A program made the translations under genes and the position numbers. The notes under the pieces are model-generated. The model saw only the letters and a list, made by a program, of their open reading frames with translations, had not been told where the DNA came from and did no database searches. This document shows positions 19,690 through 31,043 of a stretch of DNA of 44,727 nt, in pieces (position 1 is the stretch's first letter; the number at the start of each line of letters is the position of its first letter). The DNA comes from an uncultured Gammaproteobacteria bacterium (GTDB lineage Bacteria > Pseudomonadota > Gammaproteobacteria > UBA9214): positions 1 through 44,727 of the forward strand of contig CAWHCQ010000036.1 of NCBI GenBank assembly GCA_963827755.1, in the 5' to 3' direction.

Positions 19690-21102
19690 TTACACGGGCA
19701 CCAGTTCGGTAATCGGCGTTGCATTCTTCGCATCGACCTTGTCATACAGATCATAAAGTGCAGCCTGCAGCGCCTCCTCGATCACCGGGTGGTAGAACGG
19801 CATCTGCAGTATTTCGCCAACCGTCATCTCCTGCTGTATACACCAGGCGAGCAGGTGGCCCAGGTTTTCACCCTTCGGGCATGCCATCTCGGCACCCAGC
19901 AGGCGGCCACTGGCCTTTTCTGCATAGACCCGTATCAGACCGCGATTTTTGGCCATGATCATGGCACGACCGACCGGCCCCATCTGGACCTGCCCGATTG
20001 CCGTGCCGGCCGGGTCGAGGTCGGCAAAGCGGGTGCCGGTCACCACGATGTTGGGATCACAGAAGGTGATGCTGAGCGGCGTCTTTCTCCTGAAGGCCAT
20101 CGGCTCGGCGGAAATCGCGTTGTAGCCGGCAATGCGTCCATCGTCACCGGCCTCGTGCAGCAAGGGCCGCACGCCGCTGACATCACCGGCTATATATATC
20201 GGGGTCTCGCCAAGGCGCATTGTGGCCGGGTCAAACACCGGTATGCCGCGCGCATCGAGCTCGACACCGATATCCGCCAATCCAAGTTTTTCGAGATTGG
20301 GCGAGCGGCCCATACTGGCAAATACGCGCTCCACCTCGACTACCTGCTCGCCCGCCTTTACCCGCAGCATGCCGTTATCTGTCTCGGTGACCTCTGCCGC
20401 ATGCCCAAGCCACAGCGGCATCTCCTTGCCGATGACCTCGATGGCGGTGCGGGCGACCTCCGGATCACTCAGACCACCGATCGTCATGAGTTGGTCGATG
20501 CCCGTGACCTCGATCCCCAGGCGCCCGAGCGACTGGCCGATTTCCAGGCCGATCACGCCAAGCCCGATGACCGCAATCGACTGCGGCAAGTCCTCCAGCT
20601 CGAAAAATTCATCGCTTGTGATGACCCGGTCACGGAAGGGTTCCCATGCCCGCGGCACGAGCGGGCGCGACCCGGTAGCAATGATGATGCGTTCCGCACG
20701 TATGCGTTCCCCGCTGTCGATTTCCAGCAGGTTGGTCTCGATAAACCGGGCATAACCCTCGATGAAGTTTTCCCCGGGCAACTTGTCGGTACTGTTGGAA
20801 AGCACCCGCTCGACAAAGAGGTCGCGTAAATCCTGCACATATTCCATGGCCTCCGGAATGGAGAGCTTCATGTCCTCATGCCCCTCGATGCCGTAGCGAT
20901 TGAAGACACTGCGCCGGTGATAATCCTCGGCAACCTGGATCACTGCCTTGGAAGGCATACAACCCACGCGCGCGCAGGTGGTCCCCAGCTCACCGCCATT
21001 GATGAGCACAAATGATTTTCCCGAGGGACGCACCTTCCCCAGCGCATACAGCCCGGCACTGCCGGAGCCTATGATTGCAACGTCGACCTTGCGTTCTTTC
21101 AT
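19690..21102 (-). CDS. Dihydrolipoyl dehydrogenase-like flavin disulfide oxidoreductase
   Basis: GSGSAG, GTTCARVGCMPSK, GLGVIG, YHPVIEE. Confidence 0.85.
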   Translation of the reverse strand: MKERKVDVAIIGSGSAGLYALGKVRPSGKSFVLINGGELGTTCARVGCMPSKAVIQVAEDYHRRSVFNRYGIEGHEDMKLSIPEAMEYVQDLRDLFVERVLSNSTDKLPGENFIEGYARFIETNLLEIDSGERIRAERIIIATGSRPLVPRAWEPFRDRVITSDEFFELEDLPQSIAVIGLGVIGLEIGQSLGRLGIEVTGIDQLMTIGGLSDPEVARTAIEVIGKEMPLWLGHAAEVTETDNGMLRVKAGEQVVEVERVFASMGRSPNLEKLGLADIGVELDARGIPVFDPATMRLGETPIYIAGDVSGVRPLLHEAGDDGRIAGYNAISAEPMAFRRKTPLSITFCDPNIVVTGTRFADLDPAGTAIGQVQMGPVGRAMIMAKNRGLIRVYAEKASGRLLGAEMACPKGENLGHLLAWCIQQEMTVGEILQMPFYHPVIEEALQAALYDLYDKVDAKNATPITELVPV

Positions 21103-21285
21103 CTCAACTCCTCATGCAAATATTTACGAACGACAATAAATACCAGACAAAACAACCTGATAAAAAATAAACTGAAGAAACAGCTATAACGGCCTAAAGA
21201 TATCCCTGCACCTGACGATATGATCATATATTAGAACTTTATTATTTGCTATTTCTCTAAACTTTAACCTGAAAGGAGCTCTACC

Positions 21286-21399
21286 ATGTACTGGGATACC
21301 CTCACCGCGACCGGCATTTTCGTGTCGATTGGACTGATCTTGTGCGCGTTTTACCTGGAATTGCGCAAGCGACCGGGCGGACGTCGGGAAGATCGCTAG
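21286..21399 (+). CDS. Small single-pass membrane protein (37 aa)
   Basis: SD AAAGGAG 7 nt before ATG; MYWDTLTATGIFVSIGLILCAFYLELRKRPGGRREDR; below the ORF-track cutoff. Confidence 0.55.
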   Translation: MYWDTLTATGIFVSIGLILCAFYLELRKRPGGRREDR

Positions 21400-22569
21400 C
21401 CTGAAGGGGGCTGCGCTGCCTGCAGGCAAAAACGCCGGATCAGTCCGCCCAGCACCTCGAGGGTTGGCTGGAATGTGTCAAGGCTGATGAACTCGTCAGG
21501 CTGATGGGCCTGGTCGATATGACCGGGACCAAGGATCACCGTCTCCATTCCGAGCTTATCAAGATACGGGCCCTCGGTGCAGAAGGCGACCGCTTCCGGG
21601 GCGTGACCGGTGAGGCGTTGAGCCTCGCGAACGATGCTTGATGTGACATCGGTATGCATGGCCGGCGTGCCGTGAATCAGGGCCCGTCTTTGCCACTTGA
21701 GTTCGGTGTCGGCGAACAGCCGTTGCAGGCGCGCATCCAGCGTCTGGCGCAGCGACTCCATGTCCATGCCGGGCAGCGGCCGCAGATCGATGTGCAGTTC
21801 GCACTCGCCGCAGATCCGGTTGGGATTGTCACCGCCGTGAATATGCCCGAGGTTCAGGGTTGGCACCGGTACCTTGAAGGCGGCATCGTGGTGGGCGTCC
21901 TGCAACTGCTTGCGCCAGGCTAGCAGATCCGCGATCACCCGCTGCATGCCTTCCAGCGCACTCACACCCAGCATTGGGTCGGACGAGTGGCCGGATCGAC
22001 CGGTCAGATGGATCGCCTCCATGAGGATGCCCTTGTGGGCATTGACCGGATGCAGGCCGGTCGGTTCGCCGATGACTGCGTAACGCGCCCTCGGGCGGCC
22101 CAGTTCCACCAGTGCCTGTGCCCCGTCCATGGAGCTTTCCTCATCGGCGGTGGCGAGCAGGATCAACGGCTGTTGCAATGTTTCATCCTTGACAGCCCTG
22201 GCCGCTTCAAGTGCAAAAGCGAAAAAACTTTTCATGTCACAGGTGCCCAGCCCGTGGAGTGCGGCCATCCACCTCGGTGAGCCTGAACGGATCACTGTTC
22301 CAGCGCCCCTCGTCATAGGGAACGGTGTCGGTGTGGCCCGACAGGACCAGCCCTCCCGGCCCCTTGCCCAGGGTGGCGATGAGGTTGGCCTTGTCGGGCT
22401 GGCCGGGTAGCGGCAGGATCTCCACCGCGAAGCCGAGGTCCTCGCACCAGTGCGCGAGCAGGTCAATTACCGGGCGGTTGCTGCTGTCGAACTCCGGACT
22501 GACGCTGCTCACGGACGGGGCCGCGATCAGCGCCTCCAGCATCTGCAGCAGTGATGGAATGCTCTTCAT
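21396..22569 (-). CDS. argE: Acetylornithine deacetylase (frameshift near 22260)
   Basis: LVLSGHTDTVP, GLGTCDMK, ADEES, IGEPT, GHIHGGDNPNRICG, AHQPDEF. Confidence 0.88.
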
Positions 22570-22794
22570 GGCGCCAGTGTGAACGTCCCGTGCGCCAGCG
22601 GCAAGCCTGAAAAAATATTTTCATTCCCATGGATCAGCTTTCGCCATATCCTCACCAAGGGGCACGGCGCGACGCTGGTCGAAGAGCAGGACGGGATAGT
22701 CCGCGGTCGGGCGTGTGCCGCGCCAGTCTTTCACCTGACATCAGCAACAGACCTACGGGGTATACTGGCCGCCTGTTCATAACCGGGGATTTCC

Positions 22795-24616
22795 ATGCCA
22801 CCATTACCTGATCAGCACGCACTGGCCGTGCTCCTGCTGACTGTTGTTGCGCTGTTCCTGTTCACGCGCGAGCGTGTTCCGCTGGAGACCTCGAGCCTGG
22901 TCGTGCTGGTACTGCTGACCCTGGGCTTCGAGTGGTTTCCCTATCACGACGGTACGCAGACCCTGCACACCGTCGATTTCTTCAGCGGTTTCGGCCACGA
23001 GGCGCTGGTGGCGGTGTGCGGCCTGATGATCGTCGGGCACGGCCTGGTGCGCACCGGTGCGCTGGAGCCGATCGGGCGGATGCTGGCGCGCCTCTGGTCG
23101 CACAGTCCGCAGCTTTCCCTGCTGCTGACGCTGATACTGGCCGGCCTGCTGAGCGCCTTCGTCAACAATACCCCGGTCGTGGTCCTGCTGTTGCCGATAC
23201 TGGTCAGCGTTTCCCTGCGCACCGGTACCAGCGCCTCCGGCATCCTCATGCCGATGGGGCTGTCCACGCTGGTCGGCGGCATGGCGACCACGATTGGCAC
23301 CTCGACCAACCTGCTGGTGGTCAGCGTCGCGGCCGACCTCGGCCTGCGCCGCTTCGGAATGTTTGATTTCTTCGTACCCGCCGTCACTGGCCGGCAGCCT
23401 CGGTGTGCTCTACCTGTGGCTGGTTGCACCACGCATCATGCCGGAACGCCAGACTGCGCTGACCGATACCTCGCCGCGCATCTTCTCCGCCCAACTCAAA
23501 ATCACCGAAGAGAGCTACGCCGACGGCCGCACATTTGCGGAGCTGCTCAAGAAAACCGGCAGCGGAATGCAGGTGCAGCGCATCCAGCGCGGTGAGAGTG
23601 TGCTGTTGCCGCTGCCTGACGTAACCATCAGGGCGGGCGACCAGCTGATTCTCAAGGATACCCCGGTGCAATTAAAGGAATACGAGCAGGTGCTTGGCGC
23701 GACGCTCTGTTCCGGCGAGTGCGCCGTTGACGAGGAGCACCCGCTGGAGGCAAAGGACCAGCAAATGGCGGAACTCGTCGTGGTACAGGGTTCGCCGCTG
23801 GTCAACCGCACGCTGAATGCAAGCCGTTACATTGATCGCTACCAGCTTGCCAGCATCGCACTCCACCAGGCGGGCCGCACGCTGCATACACTGCTCAAGG
23901 ATATCGGCGACGTCCGCCTGCAGGTCGGTGATATCCTGCTGGTGCAGGGCTCGCGCGAACAGCTGGCACAAATCAAGCGCGAAGGCGACCTGCTGGTTCT
24001 GGATGCAACCGCCGACCTGCCCTCGACGAAGAAGGCGCCGCTGGCCTTGCTGATCATGGGACTTGTGATCGTCAGCGCGGCAACCGGTCTGCTGCCGATC
24101 GCGGTCAGCGCCGTGGCCGGCGCCCTGCTCATGCTGCTGTTCGGCGGCCTCGCCTGGCGCGATGTCGGCAACGCCCTGAGCACCGCGGTGATCATGATCG
24201 TGGTGGTCAGTCTTGCGCTGGGCATGGCGCTGACAAAGACCGGCGCGACCGGCTGGCTGGCCGATGTCTATCTTGCGCTGACCGCCGGGCTGGCGCCGGC
24301 CTACATCCTCAGCGGCCTGATCCTGCTGATGGCCGTGCTGACCAACATCGTCTCCAACAATGCCGCCGCGGTGATCGGAACGCCGGTCGCCATCTCGATC
24401 GCCAACGGGCTGGGCCTGCCGCCCGAGGCCTTTGTGCTGGCCGTGCTGTTCGGCGCCAACATGAGCTACGCAACGCCGATGGCCTACAAGACCAACCTGC
24501 TGGTGATGAATGCAGGCGGCTATACCTTCGGTGATTTCGTGCGCATCGGCCTGCCACTGACAATAATCATGTGGCTGGCGCTGAGCTGGCTGCTGCCGCG
24601 GCTGTACGGGTTTTGA
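22795..24616 (+). CDS. SLC13/CitMHS-type permease with TrkA-C domains (frameshift near 23390)
   Basis: SAFVNNTPVV, TTIGTSTNL, NIVSNNAAA, YATPMAYKTN. Confidence 0.85.
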
Positions 24617-24651
24617 TCAAAAAATAAAGGTTGGCTCCGGCTGCATCGGTT

Positions 24652-26110
24652 TCAGTCCTCGAACTCGACTTCATCGGCGATACCGTCAGGTACCTGGTTG
24701 TCACGGAACCGCACCAGGTCACCATCACTGGCAGTACCGAAGAAGGTGTCGCCGGTAATCGAGGCATCATTGACATTTTCGAAATCGGTATTCGAATCTG
24801 TCGCAATCGTGATTCCGAGGATACTGACTGTACCGCTGCCGCTGGTACCACCGGTTGGCGGTACATCCACCGGGCCTTGCAGCTCAATGTCATCCAGGTC
24901 GTCGCGCTCGATCTGCGTGGCAATCAGCATGCCGCTGCCATCCACGTAGGCCTCGACGTCCAGAAAATCACCATTCTGCATGTTGACGATAGCAAATGGC
25001 TCAACACCATCGCGCTCGTCCTCGATTTGCGTTTGTGTACTGGTATGTACCGTCAACAGGCTGCCGGCGATTGACAATGTCACCGTGCCGGCAGCAGGAT
25101 CCCGGGTGTCGACAATCGCGCTGACCTTGACCTCGCCTCCGCGTTGCTCGACCTCGTCGGCCATCAATACCCCGGCAACGATTGCGCCTTCAACCTCGAC
25201 CCTGTCGCCATCTGCAATCGTTGCTGCAAGACTGGCAGGTTCGAAAACTGCAGCAGATGCATCGACGGCCTGTCCCGACACTTTGAAATCAGCGATATTG
25301 ATAAAGTCACTGACAATACCTTCAATACTGATCTCGTCGACATCGTCACCGAAGCCTTCATCTTCAAGTTCAATACGGGTCGCGAGGATCGCGGCCGGAC
25401 CAGTCAGCGTTCCCTCGACCTCGACAAACTGGGTATCGGTCACAGTGCCCGGCAGGTCCTCGAACTGCGTTGTGCCGTCAAATGTGACCGTTATCGCACC
25501 CAGCATGAATGTATCGATGCCGTCAAAGCCGGTAACCGTGCCCCGGGTTTCGACTTCCGTACCCGGCCCTTCATCTTCCAGCCGTGTCGCCAGCAGCTGG
25601 CCACCGGCATAGTAGCCACTGATCTCGACCCTGTCGTTTTGCAGCAGGACTGTCATAATCGGTGTTAACGAAGACGGTATCGTTGCGATCAACGACAATG
25701 GTGATCCCCAGGACAACGAATGTCTTGGTCACCATATCGGCATCTTCAACCGGGTTGGCGGCAATCGGCCCTTCGACCTCGTCGTCGTACTTGATACTGG
25801 TCGCGGTCCCGGTCACGCCATCACTGTTTACCACGCCAACAACCGTGACGACCATGCCGATGTCCAGATCGCCTTCCACGGCTGCAGGGTCATCATCGAC
25901 ATCGAAACTTGTACCGCTGGTCTCGAACTCGACACCGTTGACGAAAACACTGCCGAATCCGGTGACTGTTCCGTTCGTTATCCCGGTGCCGCCGATTCCG
26001 CCGCCGGCGACACTGCCGCCACCGCCACCACCGCCACAGCCGGCGATAACAATTGACAACAGTGTGAATGCAAAAAATACCTTGCACCTGGATGATGAAA
26101 GTTTAAGCAT
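24652..26110 (-). CDS. DUF5666 repeat lipoprotein (frameshift near 25650)
   Basis: Lipobox IAGC + Gly tract; GGGIGGTG...GFGSVFVNGV; repeated VEVEG...ATRIE units. Confidence 0.75.
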
Positions 26111-26112
26111 GG

Positions 26113-26922
26113 TTATTCCTCGTCAGAATCATGTTCGTGATAATAAATACCCAGGCTGATGTATTTCCCTTCCACTTCATCTTCCTCGGCAAGTTCGTGT
26201 TTTCCAAACTCCGTGTTTAGCTGCTCAAGCAGTGCCTGTGCCTTTTTGAAAGACAGCTTCTTGAGCTTCGCGACTGAGCGGGGATCAATATTGTCCCAGG
26301 CAACCTTGCGCTGAAATAACAGCTCGGCATCATCTGCCGTCAGGTTATGGTCTATGGTGGCAATCAGTTCAGCTGCATCGGTGCCAAGAATGCGGATCTT
26401 CTCGATTGAATCACCACCGGGTATGTAGGCGTGGCGGACCAGCCGCACGCTGTTATCCTGTCTTTTGACACTGCCGGCATCGACCAGCATGTCCAGCATT
26501 GCCATGGTCGGAATATCACCGCTGTATTCCTTAACCAGCAGGGTGAATGACTTGCGCTTGCCCTCAACAGGCAGGACTGCGGGTTTGCCACTGGTATCGT
26601 GAAATCGCTTGTCGCTAATCCAGCCACTGACCACGCGTACTGCACGGTTGTAGCGGTCCTGCCCGCCTGCACCATCCGCATCGCTGCTGTCCAGCAGGCG
26701 TTTAACCTCCTTGCGTGTCAGGCCTGTCAGGCCCGACACCCTCGACACCGTCTGCTTCTTGCCATCAGGTGGAAATTCGTTGTAAGCCACCTCGACATAA
26801 ACCTTACGAATCTGTTCCGCCAGGGCGCCATAGGCATAACCGTTTCGCAGCAGAATGCGTACCAGTGGCCGCATCAGGCGACGCACGGAGGAGGCAAGCA
26901 CCTTTTCCAGTTTCATGCTCAT
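26113..26922 (-). CDS. DUF6502 family protein
   Basis: LMRPLVRILLRNG, SRVSGLTGLTRKEV, W-x-SDKRF; usual upstream partner of DUF5666 genes. Confidence 0.7.
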   Translation of the reverse strand: MSMKLEKVLASSVRRLMRPLVRILLRNGYAYGALAEQIRKVYVEVAYNEFPPDGKKQTVSRVSGLTGLTRKEVKRLLDSSDADGAGGQDRYNRAVRVVSGWISDKRFHDTSGKPAVLPVEGKRKSFTLLVKEYSGDIPTMAMLDMLVDAGSVKRQDNSVRLVRHAYIPGGDSIEKIRILGTDAAELIATIDHNLTADDAELLFQRKVAWDNIDPRSVAKLKKLSFKKAQALLEQLNTEFGKHELAEEDEVEGKYISLGIYYHEHDSDEE

Positions 26923-27061
26923 GCCATGATCAAGGCTTCAGGGTGTCTGAAACCCTGCGGGCGTTTACGAAACAGGTCAGTCTCATTTTGTTTTCCCCTG
27001 TTCATGGGTGCCAGCCATGAACATCCTTGTCGGGCTGGCAATTCACAAACCTGGTAACTGT

Positions 27062-28315
27062 TCAGGCAAAGGTATCCGAAAACAGATTCTTCGCCCATTC
27101 GAACATGGTGTTGTAGTGCTCCGCGGAAGCCGAACTGGCACCACCCATGGATGCCGGCACACCTTGCATGCTACCGCTGACGGCATCATAGGCGAAGGCG
27201 GCGGTAAGCCAGGTGGCTGTGCTGGCGGTGATCGGACTGTAGCACGCCGAATTGGCCACCGGTGATTCGTAGGGCGTACCGCCGGACAACAGGCGGATGA
27301 TCGCATCGGCGCAGATCTTGGCCTCGGAGTTGGCGATGTGACCGGCCTTGGGCATGCCGGTGGCCTGGGAGTCGCCGATAACGTGGATATCGGCGGCGGC
27401 AGTGCTCTGGTAACTCAACGGGTTGACGACTGCCCAGCGATTATCAGTGGAATTGGCCAGGTTGTTATCGGTGATGATAGAGCCGGCCTGCATATTGGGA
27501 ATGACATTAAGTACGTCGGCAGTGAACTCCCCGTCGCTGGTGGTAACTTTCAGGTTGTCTGAATCCACGGCTTCCAGGGTAACGTCCGGATAATACTCCA
27601 GCATGTCGCCGTAAAGATTTATAAAGGCATCACTGAACGTCTCCCGCTCAGCAATGATGTGACTGTTGGCGTCCAGCACAATAACCCGGGAGCCGGGCTT
27701 GTTGGTGCGCAGGTAGTCCGCTACCAGGCAGGCACGCTCGTAAGGGCCGGGCGGGCAGCGATAAGGTGCCTTGGGAATGGTCAGTACAAAGTCACCGCCG
27801 GGCGACATGGCCGCCAGCTGGGACTTGAGCAGCAGGGTCTGGTCGCCGGCCTTCCAGGCATGGGGCACCTTGCTGTGATCCAGTCCCGGCACACCCTGGA
27901 AGGCCACGCCGGGGGCGATAATCAAACGATCATAGTCAATCAGCTCACCACCGCTTAACTCAACACGGTGGCCAGTGGCGTCCACGCCTGCCACCCAGTC
28001 ATTGATCACCTCGATGCCATAGCGGGACTTCAGCAGGTCGTAGCTGAAGGTGATCTCATCAAGCGACAGGCTGTTGTTCAGCACCAGGTTGCTGAGGATG
28101 CAGGAGTTGTAGCTGGCATTGGGTTCTATCAGGGTCACGTTGAACGAGGGTGCCCACTTGCGCAGGTACTTGGCAGCGGTGGCGCCGGCAAAGCCGCCAC
28201 CGATGACCACCACCTTCGGTGCTGCTGTAGCGGCACTGATGATGGACGGGAAGGCGGCGACAGCGCCGGCAGCGCCCAGTGACTTGATGAAATTACGGCG
28301 GTTAATCTGTGTCAT
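27062..28315 (-). CDS. Second FCSD-type flavoprotein (FccB/SoxF-like)
   Basis: Tat motif NRRNFIK; GGGFAG; YNSCILSN; [10 protein letters not shown]; PKAGHIAN; SACYS. Confidence 0.88.
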   Translation of the reverse strand: MTQINRRNFIKSLGAAGAVAAFPSIISAATAAPKVVVIGGGFAGATAAKYLRKWAPSFNVTLIEPNASYNSCILSNLVLNNSLSLDEITFSYDLLKSRYGIEVINDWVAGVDATGHRVELSGGELIDYDRLIIAPGVAFQGVPGLDHSKVPHAWKAGDQTLLLKSQLAAMSPGGDFVLTIPKAPYRCPPGPYERACLVADYLRTNKPGSRVIVLDANSHIIAERETFSDAFINLYGDMLEYYPDVTLEAVDSDNLKVTTSDGEFTADVLNVIPNMQAGSIITDNNLANSTDNRWAVVNPLSYQSTAAADIHVIGDSQATGMPKAGHIANSEAKICADAIIRLLSGGTPYESPVANSACYSPITASTATWLTAAFAYDAVSGSMQGVPASMGGASSASAEHYNTMFEWAKNLFSDTFA

Positions 28316-28385
28316 GACGGTATCCTCTTAAGCCGTGCAACATAATTTAATTGGTGAGTTCGGGTTTTGTTCGAGGCCGTCATAT

Positions 28386-29525
28386 TCACTCCTCGCCGCC
28401 CGGGATCGTCGCGAAGTGGTCGCTGATCTGCTGAATCTGGATATCGGTGTACCCGGCTGCCTGCTTGTGCATGATGTCGTCACGATTGGTGCTGTTCTTC
28501 ATTTCGATCATCTCGGATCGAATCTCGTCGCCCTCACCCACGAGGCTGTCGATATCACTCACGGAGCGGCCGTCGCTACCGTGACACTGGGCGCACTGTG
28601 ATGCCAGCAGTCGACCGGGGGTGGCTTCGCCGGGTTCTGCCGGGATAAAACCGCCGCTGCCATCATCGTCGCCGGATTCTTCATCACTGTCCTCATCGAG
28701 GTTTTCGTCGTCCTCGTCTTCGTCGCGCGTGCCGTCATTGTCGTCGTCACTGTCCAACTCGTCGCTGACGCCGTCGTTGTCGTCATCGGAATCGGCCTCA
28801 TCCTCGACGCCATCGTTGTCGTCATCAACATCGATGTCGTTGGTCACGCCATCCCTGTCGAGATCATCTTCCGGATGACCGTCGTTGTCATGGTCATTGT
28901 CATAGAGATCGAGAATGCCGTCCTCGTCATCATCGGTATCGTACTGGTTGGGCATGCCGTCGCTGTCATCGTCCTCGTAGACCTCGATTATCCCATCGCC
29001 GTCTTTATCCATGGGGTCATTGTCGCTGTTGTTGATTTCCACCTTTCTGGATTCGTCATCATCCAGGGCAACCTCCCGGGGAATATCCTCCACACCGTCA
29101 GCATTGCCATCCGAGAACATGGTGGCGCGGCTCATCGCCAGGTTTACATGTCCCAGGTCAATAACTTCAGCACTGGTAGTTATGGCAATACCGCTCTGAC
29201 CGTCCTGCTTGCGCAGTGCGAGTGGTGTGATCACCCTGTCGTCCGGATCATCCTCGTTGGTAATCATGACAATGCGGCAGGCCACGTCCGCGGGCAGATC
29301 CAGGGAGAAAGGGTGTTGGACGGTGTCGTTATTTTCAGAGGCTGTGAGGTAATAACTGCCATCATCACAGAATGCCTCGATCAGCGTGCCCGGAACGGTG
29401 CCCTGAAGGGTGTAGCCGGCGCCACTTGCGCCTTCAAGGCCCCCTCCCCCGCCGCCGCCGCCGCCACAAGCGGTGAGTGCAACACTAATTGCTGTAGCCA
29501 GTGGAACGTAAGCTATTGTCTTCAT
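28386..29525 (-). CDS. Lipoprotein with Asp-rich Ca-binding-like repeats and a C-terminal monoheme FccA-like cytochrome c
   Basis: Lipobox LTAC-GGGG; repeated DxDxDG units; GRLLASQCAQCHG...IMHKQAAGYTD. Confidence 0.8.
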   Translation of the reverse strand: MKTIAYVPLATAISVALTACGGGGGGGGGLEGASGAGYTLQGTVPGTLIEAFCDDGSYYLTASENNDTVQHPFSLDLPADVACRIVMITNEDDPDDRVITPLALRKQDGQSGIAITTSAEVIDLGHVNLAMSRATMFSDGNADGVEDIPREVALDDDESRKVEINNSDNDPMDKDGDGIIEVYEDDDSDGMPNQYDTDDDEDGILDLYDNDHDNDGHPEDDLDRDGVTNDIDVDDDNDGVEDEADSDDDNDGVSDELDSDDDNDGTRDEDEDDENLDEDSDEESGDDDGSGGFIPAEPGEATPGRLLASQCAQCHGSDGRSVSDIDSLVGEGDEIRSEMIEMKNSTNRDDIMHKQAAGYTDIQIQQISDHFATIPGGEE

Positions 29526-30117
29526 GATGTAATCCTTGTATTTTCTGTCTGACCTGCGAAGCAGGTTCATGTGGTGATGTGAAGTGTCTGCTTATACGGA
29601 TATCTTAATTTGGGAATAATTTCCCATATTTTACACCGCTTGTCAATAGAGGTTTTATATTTAAGGAGCCTCGCACCACCATGTCACTGCTCAGGCGAAC
29701 ACCTCTCCCCGCCGGATTGCCGCTGGCCTGGCACGCATCCTGACTTTCGAGCGTTGCCCGACCTGCACCCGGAAGCGCCCCCATGACCCTGTTAGATCAG
29801 GCGCTGGATAAAATACAAGTCACTCATCCGTGCGATTGATAAAGGGATATCGAGGCGCGCGCTCTGTAACAGAGATCCCGACTGCCGCGCCTGTACGGAT
29901 TCCGAGTGACAGGTATAATCATAGTTGTTGAAAAATTCCCGCCATGGTGAGCATAGCGTGGCAATCATATACGATGGAATGAGTACCCTGGAGATGGCTT
30001 TGCCTGCAGAGATGCAGACAAGGGGCGTATGCAGGACACGGAAGCTTCATCCCCTTGTTCTTCACAATGACGAATCAACCAGGGTTTCCTTGAAATAGTC
30101 ACCAGGCATAACGGTCA

Positions 30118-30589
30118 ATGCAGAAGACAAATATAGCAACATTCCTCCTGCTCATATTTCTGATCACCCCAGCCGGGCTGGCTGGCGGCCGACACGACCA
30201 GTCACAGGCAAGCAGTGGAAATGCTCTTCAGGCTCGACCTCCACGCAACAAAAGATAGATGCAAGCGTGGATAATGGTGCTGGCCCGACAGCTTCAGCAG
30301 AACCCTGAACTGCGCGCACATGAAGGTGCAATTGCTCTCGCGTTCCTTTCTGGAAAAATATATCGGCTGGGAAAGCCTGAAAAATGAAATTACATCGATG
30401 TACCTGCAGGCATTCACAGAACAGGAACTGAACGAGATTAATGATTTCTACGCATCACCCGCAGGTCACAAGCTGATCCTGAAGATTCCCGAACTGGTAA
30501 GGCGGACGCCGATGGCATCGCAGTGCAGCGTCTGCAGGGAGCATATCAATGAACTGCAGAGCAGGATTCAATCTAACAGCAGGAAATAG
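30118..30589 (+). CDS. DUF2059-like exported protein (frameshifted)
   Basis: Signal-like start MQKTNIATFLLL; YLQAFTEQELNEINDFYASPAGHKL. Confidence 0.6.
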
Positions 30590-30592
30590 CAA

Positions 30593-30976
30593 CTACCTCA
30601 GACACGCCGGTACATGGAACTCATCATCGAGACCATAGACCTCATCGAAGATGCCGTCACAGTTGCTGTCGCGGATAACATAGTTCTCCGGGCCGGTCTC
30701 GCTATCACGCGTATCCAGGCTCCAGGCCCAGAGTCGTTCGTTGCTGGTAAAGCTGACGATGCTGTTGCCGATTGTGTTCAGGTATTGCGTGATCCGGGTC
30801 TCGTTCCTGCCATCGCTGTCACCGTCGGCGTCGCGCTCATCATGCAGGGAAAAACCCTTCAGGTCGGGCGGTGTAAATTGTCCCGCTTCGAGAAGCGGCA
30901 TGCCAGCGATCAAGACGGCGAACCCCGTAACCAGTCTCCTGCCCAGCCAGCCCCGGTTTACGCGCTGCATTTTCAT
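30593..30976 (-). CDS. Hypothetical exported protein with DxDxDG motifs
   Basis: Hydrophobic N-terminus; DADGDSDG and DSNCDGIFDE; co-oriented with the rhodanese and PPIase genes. Confidence 0.6.
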   Translation of the reverse strand: MKMQRVNRGWLGRRLVTGFAVLIAGMPLLEAGQFTPPDLKGFSLHDERDADGDSDGRNETRITQYLNTIGNSIVSFTSNERLWAWSLDTRDSETGPENYVIRDSNCDGIFDEVYGLDDEFHVPACLR

Positions 30977-31043
30977 GTCGAGCACTCCCAAAGTGCCCGC
31001 AGAAGCAGCCCCGGCCACATCCATGCAGACGCGAGACGCGTGA

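Noticed and set aside
29728-29744. Sigma54 promoter TGGCACGCATCCTGA
   Set aside because: The -12 element is GA rather than GC, and no clear target gene is positioned for it.
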